The notes under the pieces were generated by a model. It searched no databases and was not told the origin of the DNA. It saw nothing but the letters and a program-made list of their open reading frames with translations. This document shows, piece by piece, positions 25,530-27,597 of a stretch of DNA of 27,597 nucleotides; the stretch's first letter is position 1, and each line of letters begins with the position of its first letter. A program made the position numbers and the translations under genes. The stretch is taken from positions 1 to 27,597 of the forward strand of contig JBEKHN010000023.1 of NCBI GenBank assembly GCA_050012255.1, given 5' to 3'. Source of the DNA: Candidatus Bathyarchaeia archaeon. Its GTDB lineage: Archaea; Thermoproteota; Bathyarchaeia; Bathyarchaeales; Bathycorpusculaceae.

Positions 25530-25997
25530 ATGGTAAAGTTGGAGAATATTGTAGGAGTCGTACAGGGGTTGAAGGGAAGAACGGCCGACATCATTTACGA
25601 CCTGTTCTTTGCTGAAAAAAGAGTTGTAGCTGCTGTCGTACTTTACTTTTCTGACTTGACTGACATATATGGGAAGATTAGTGTAATCACTTTCTTGTTT
25701 GGGAACTTGTCTGAGCACAGTGAAATCAAGATGCGATCTGTGAGGCTGATGAATGAAAGAAGACTGGCTTTCAAGGACAAGACCCTCGATGAGATTCTAG
25801 CCTTGCACAGGGCGAACATGGAAATAGACTACGACAACATCGTTTCTGTCACCGTCAAAAAAGGGCTTCTGCAAACGTCTTTGGAGTTTGTGGTCCAAGG
25901 ACATCCTGAAAAGAAGATAGACTTTCGGTTGGAAGAAAGCCAAGTAGTCGAAGTTGAAGGTCTGATAAAAAAAGTTCTGCCAAACAAGACAAGATGA
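25530..25997 (+). CDS. Hypothetical protein, possible PH-like fold
   Basis: Pattern YDLFF..KRVV...TLDEIL...N.EIDYDNI..V.VKKG resembles PH-like domains. Confidence 0.7.
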   Translation: MVKLENIVGVVQGLKGRTADIIYDLFFAEKRVVAAVVLYFSDLTDIYGKISVITFLFGNLSEHSEIKMRSVRLMNERRLAFKDKTLDEILALHRANMEIDYDNIVSVTVKKGLLQTSLEFVVQGHPEKKIDFRLEESQVVEVEGLIKKVLPNKTR

Positions 25998-26163
25998 TTG
26001 GTCATTTCAGCGAGAAGAACCGGATTAAATATGTCTTAGGACGTTTGAGGCATCGCTCACGAGGCGCTAGTTTATTTCAAGATCAAAGTTAATGTTCTAG
26101 CGCAAATTGCACCGTTCATCCTAGACGTGATTTCTGATCCTCGAGCGCCAAGAAAATGAGACC

Positions 26164-26176
26164 GAAAGCTATATCT
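26164..26176 (+). promoter_or_regulatory. BRE/TATA-like promoter of tRNA-Ala
   Basis: GAAAGCTATATCT about 35 bp upstream of the tRNA. Confidence 0.5.
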
Positions 26177-26180
26177 TTTC

Positions 26181-27110
26181 TTAATCGACGTTCCTTCCCG
26201 AAAGAAGGTAGGGCCGGTAGTTCAGCCTGGTATGAACGCCGCATTCGCAATGCGGAAATCGTGGGTTCAAATCCCGCCCGGTCCACTCAAATTGAACACA
26301 AGCCGCGCGCGCCATTGTGTCTGTGGATGGCGTTCTCTTCAACCAAGATACTATTCTGTCTGCCAACTGACTCCTGACATTCGTAAATTCATGGTCTGTG
26401 TCAAAGATTTCAATTTGCAGTTGCTTGGCACCATGCCTCTGCAATGCTCGGAACAGAGGCAATATGTGATTTTCTAGGTCCGCTTCCTGGTCATGCCACG
26501 CACCGATTATCAGAATATCTTTGCAAGACAGTGCCTGAGCATGCTTCACCAAATCGTGTTTGTCTACATCTGTAAGCATCTCAGCAAAAAGTTCTCTAGC
26601 CTTGGGGGCTCTGAAACCTGAATCGGATATGACTTGGTCGACGTGTTTTTCAAGCCCTCGCATGAACTCATCACTCGCTCTTCCCAGTACACTGAGGTTG
26701 CCCCCAGCAAGGTCGACCACTCTTTTCACGGCGGCGTCATTCAATGAGCCCAATAAAGCCATGCCGCCACCATAACTGTATCCTATGATGGTAATACGTG
26801 ACGGGTCAACGTTGAACTCTTGGACATTAGAACTGGATTTCAAATAGCGTATGGTCGAGATTACATCCTCTAGAGCGTTCGCATCCGTGTATAGTCCTTC
26901 GCTTCCCCAAGTGCCACGATAATTAAAGGCAAGGGCATTGAACCCTTCTGTCATCAATCTCTGACCAAGTCCAAGCACGTCTGTGTTGTTTCCAGGAAAC
27001 CCATGGCAAAGGATTACTGTTGGCAATGGTTCAACTCCAGAGGCTTGATAGAAGATTGCGTGGATGTTTGCACCTTTGCTCTCAAATGTTACTGGAACTG
27101 GCTTTTTCAT
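26181..27110 (-). CDS. Alpha/beta hydrolase; the last ~45 codons are probably non-native read-through across the tRNA
   Basis: HGFPG oxyanion motif, NYRGTWGSEG, nucleophile elbow GYSYGG, Asp (WHDQ) and His (DHEF). Confidence 0.88.
   Translation of the reverse strand: MKKPVPVTFESKGANIHAIFYQASGVEPLPTVILCHGFPGNNTDVLGLGQRLMTEGFNALAFNYRGTWGSEGLYTDANALEDVISTIRYLKSSSNVQEFNVDPSRITIIGYSYGGGMALLGSLNDAAVKRVVDLAGGNLSVLGRASDEFMRGLEKHVDQVISDSGFRAPKARELFAEMLTDVDKHDLVKHAQALSCKDILIIGAWHDQEADLENHILPLFRALQRHGAKQLQIEIFDTDHEFTNVRSQLADRIVSWLKRTPSTDTMARAACVQFEWTGRDLNPRFPHCECGVHTRLNYRPYLLSGRNVD
26211..26285 (+). tRNA. tRNA-Ala (CGC), no intron, CCA not encoded
   Basis: Acceptor GGGCCGG/CCGGTCC with G3:U70, D-arm GTTC/GAAC, anticodon arm CCGCA-TT-CGC-AA-TGCGG and T-loop GGTTCAAATC. 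Confidence 0.97.
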
Positions 27111-27264
27111 CTGCCATCACACAACTATATATCTCAAAATTGTTCTTAAAGACTTGTAGAAGAGTCACACACCAAATCCTACCAGCCAAACAATAATCCC
27201 TTTTCGGTTCAGCTATAACTTTTCCGCAGAACCATAGGATGGCTGTATTTTTTTTGAGACGTCT

Positions 27265-27378
27265 TTATTTTTTCTTATTTGCTTTTCCAGCGCATTGGGC
27301 ACTGCAATACTTGTTTTTGTTATCTAATGTCGTAAAGACTTTTCCGCAAATTGAACATTTCTTTTGAATGATTCCCAT
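27265..27378 (-). CDS. 37-aa zinc-finger microprotein MGIIQKKCSICGKVFTTLDNKNKYCSAQCAGKANKKK
   Basis: Manual translation shows a CxxCGKxF...YCSxxC treble-clef pattern; GAGGT SD upstream. Confidence 0.72.
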   Translation of the reverse strand: MGIIQKKCSICGKVFTTLDNKNKYCSAQCAGKANKKK

Positions 27379-27455
27379 TCAGTAGACCTCATCACTACAG
27401 TTACGATTCAACAAATATAAGATTGCGTTGGGTGGGGGTAAAGTTTTATCCTCAA

Positions 27456-27555
27456 GCACGCACGCACACTCGCTCTCTACGACTCTCTACTGCTCACGCA
27501 GCCACTCCACAAGCCACTACCTACTTTTCACCTACTACCTCTCTATACTACCGGC
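27456..27555. repeat. Strand-skewed low-complexity tract of short degenerate repeats (CACG, CTCTCTAC, CTAC)
   Basis: G-poor on the + strand and followed by an A-rich tract at the window end. Confidence 0.6.
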
Positions 27556-27597
27556 TATCCTCGCGGATATATAAAAAAATAAATATAAATAAACGGG

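Noticed and set aside
26156-26377. 73-aa + strand ORF
   Set aside because: It is a translation of the tRNA-Ala gene.

Overview
Archaeal genomic window. The lineage is most consistent with Bathyarchaeia/TACK; this is inferred from the Nop5-fibrillarin-Trm1-RNase HII cluster, a secreted cohesin/dockerin protein, a large solenoid protein and frequent GTG/TTG starts. The core backbone (about 3.0-13.6 kb) carries trm1, an NTPase, rnhB, a COG1395 HTH regulator, flpA, nop5, pyrD/pyrK, a TIGR04076-like protein, a 4Fe-4S protein and an aldehyde:ferredoxin oxidoreductase. Further on are ileS and tRNA-Ala(CGC). There are four accessory parts. (i) The left edge holds a gene missed by the ORF track that encodes a leader-like N-terminus plus a 12-aa tandem repeat (SMAKSAAKTRAL), divergent from an AbrB-type regulator and followed by gene remnants. 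(ii) A 1094-aa alpha-solenoid protein has a C-terminal Ig-like domain. (iii) An AT-rich island (about 18.15-21.45 kb) between imperfect direct repeats encodes a Zn-ribbon protein, a polytopic membrane protein, a minimal PD-(D/E)XK nuclease with a 33-aa Zn-finger microprotein, an Lrp regulator and a 2-TM protein. (iv) A probable second island downstream of tRNA-Ala holds a hydrolase whose ORF runs antisense through the tRNA, and another Zn-finger microprotein. Other oddities are an AOR gene that appears to need a CTG start, recurrent intergenic (GC)n palindromes, an ORB-like/G-string element and a 35-bp tandem duplication at the fibrillarin stop. All family calls come from motif recognition by eye; no searches were run.
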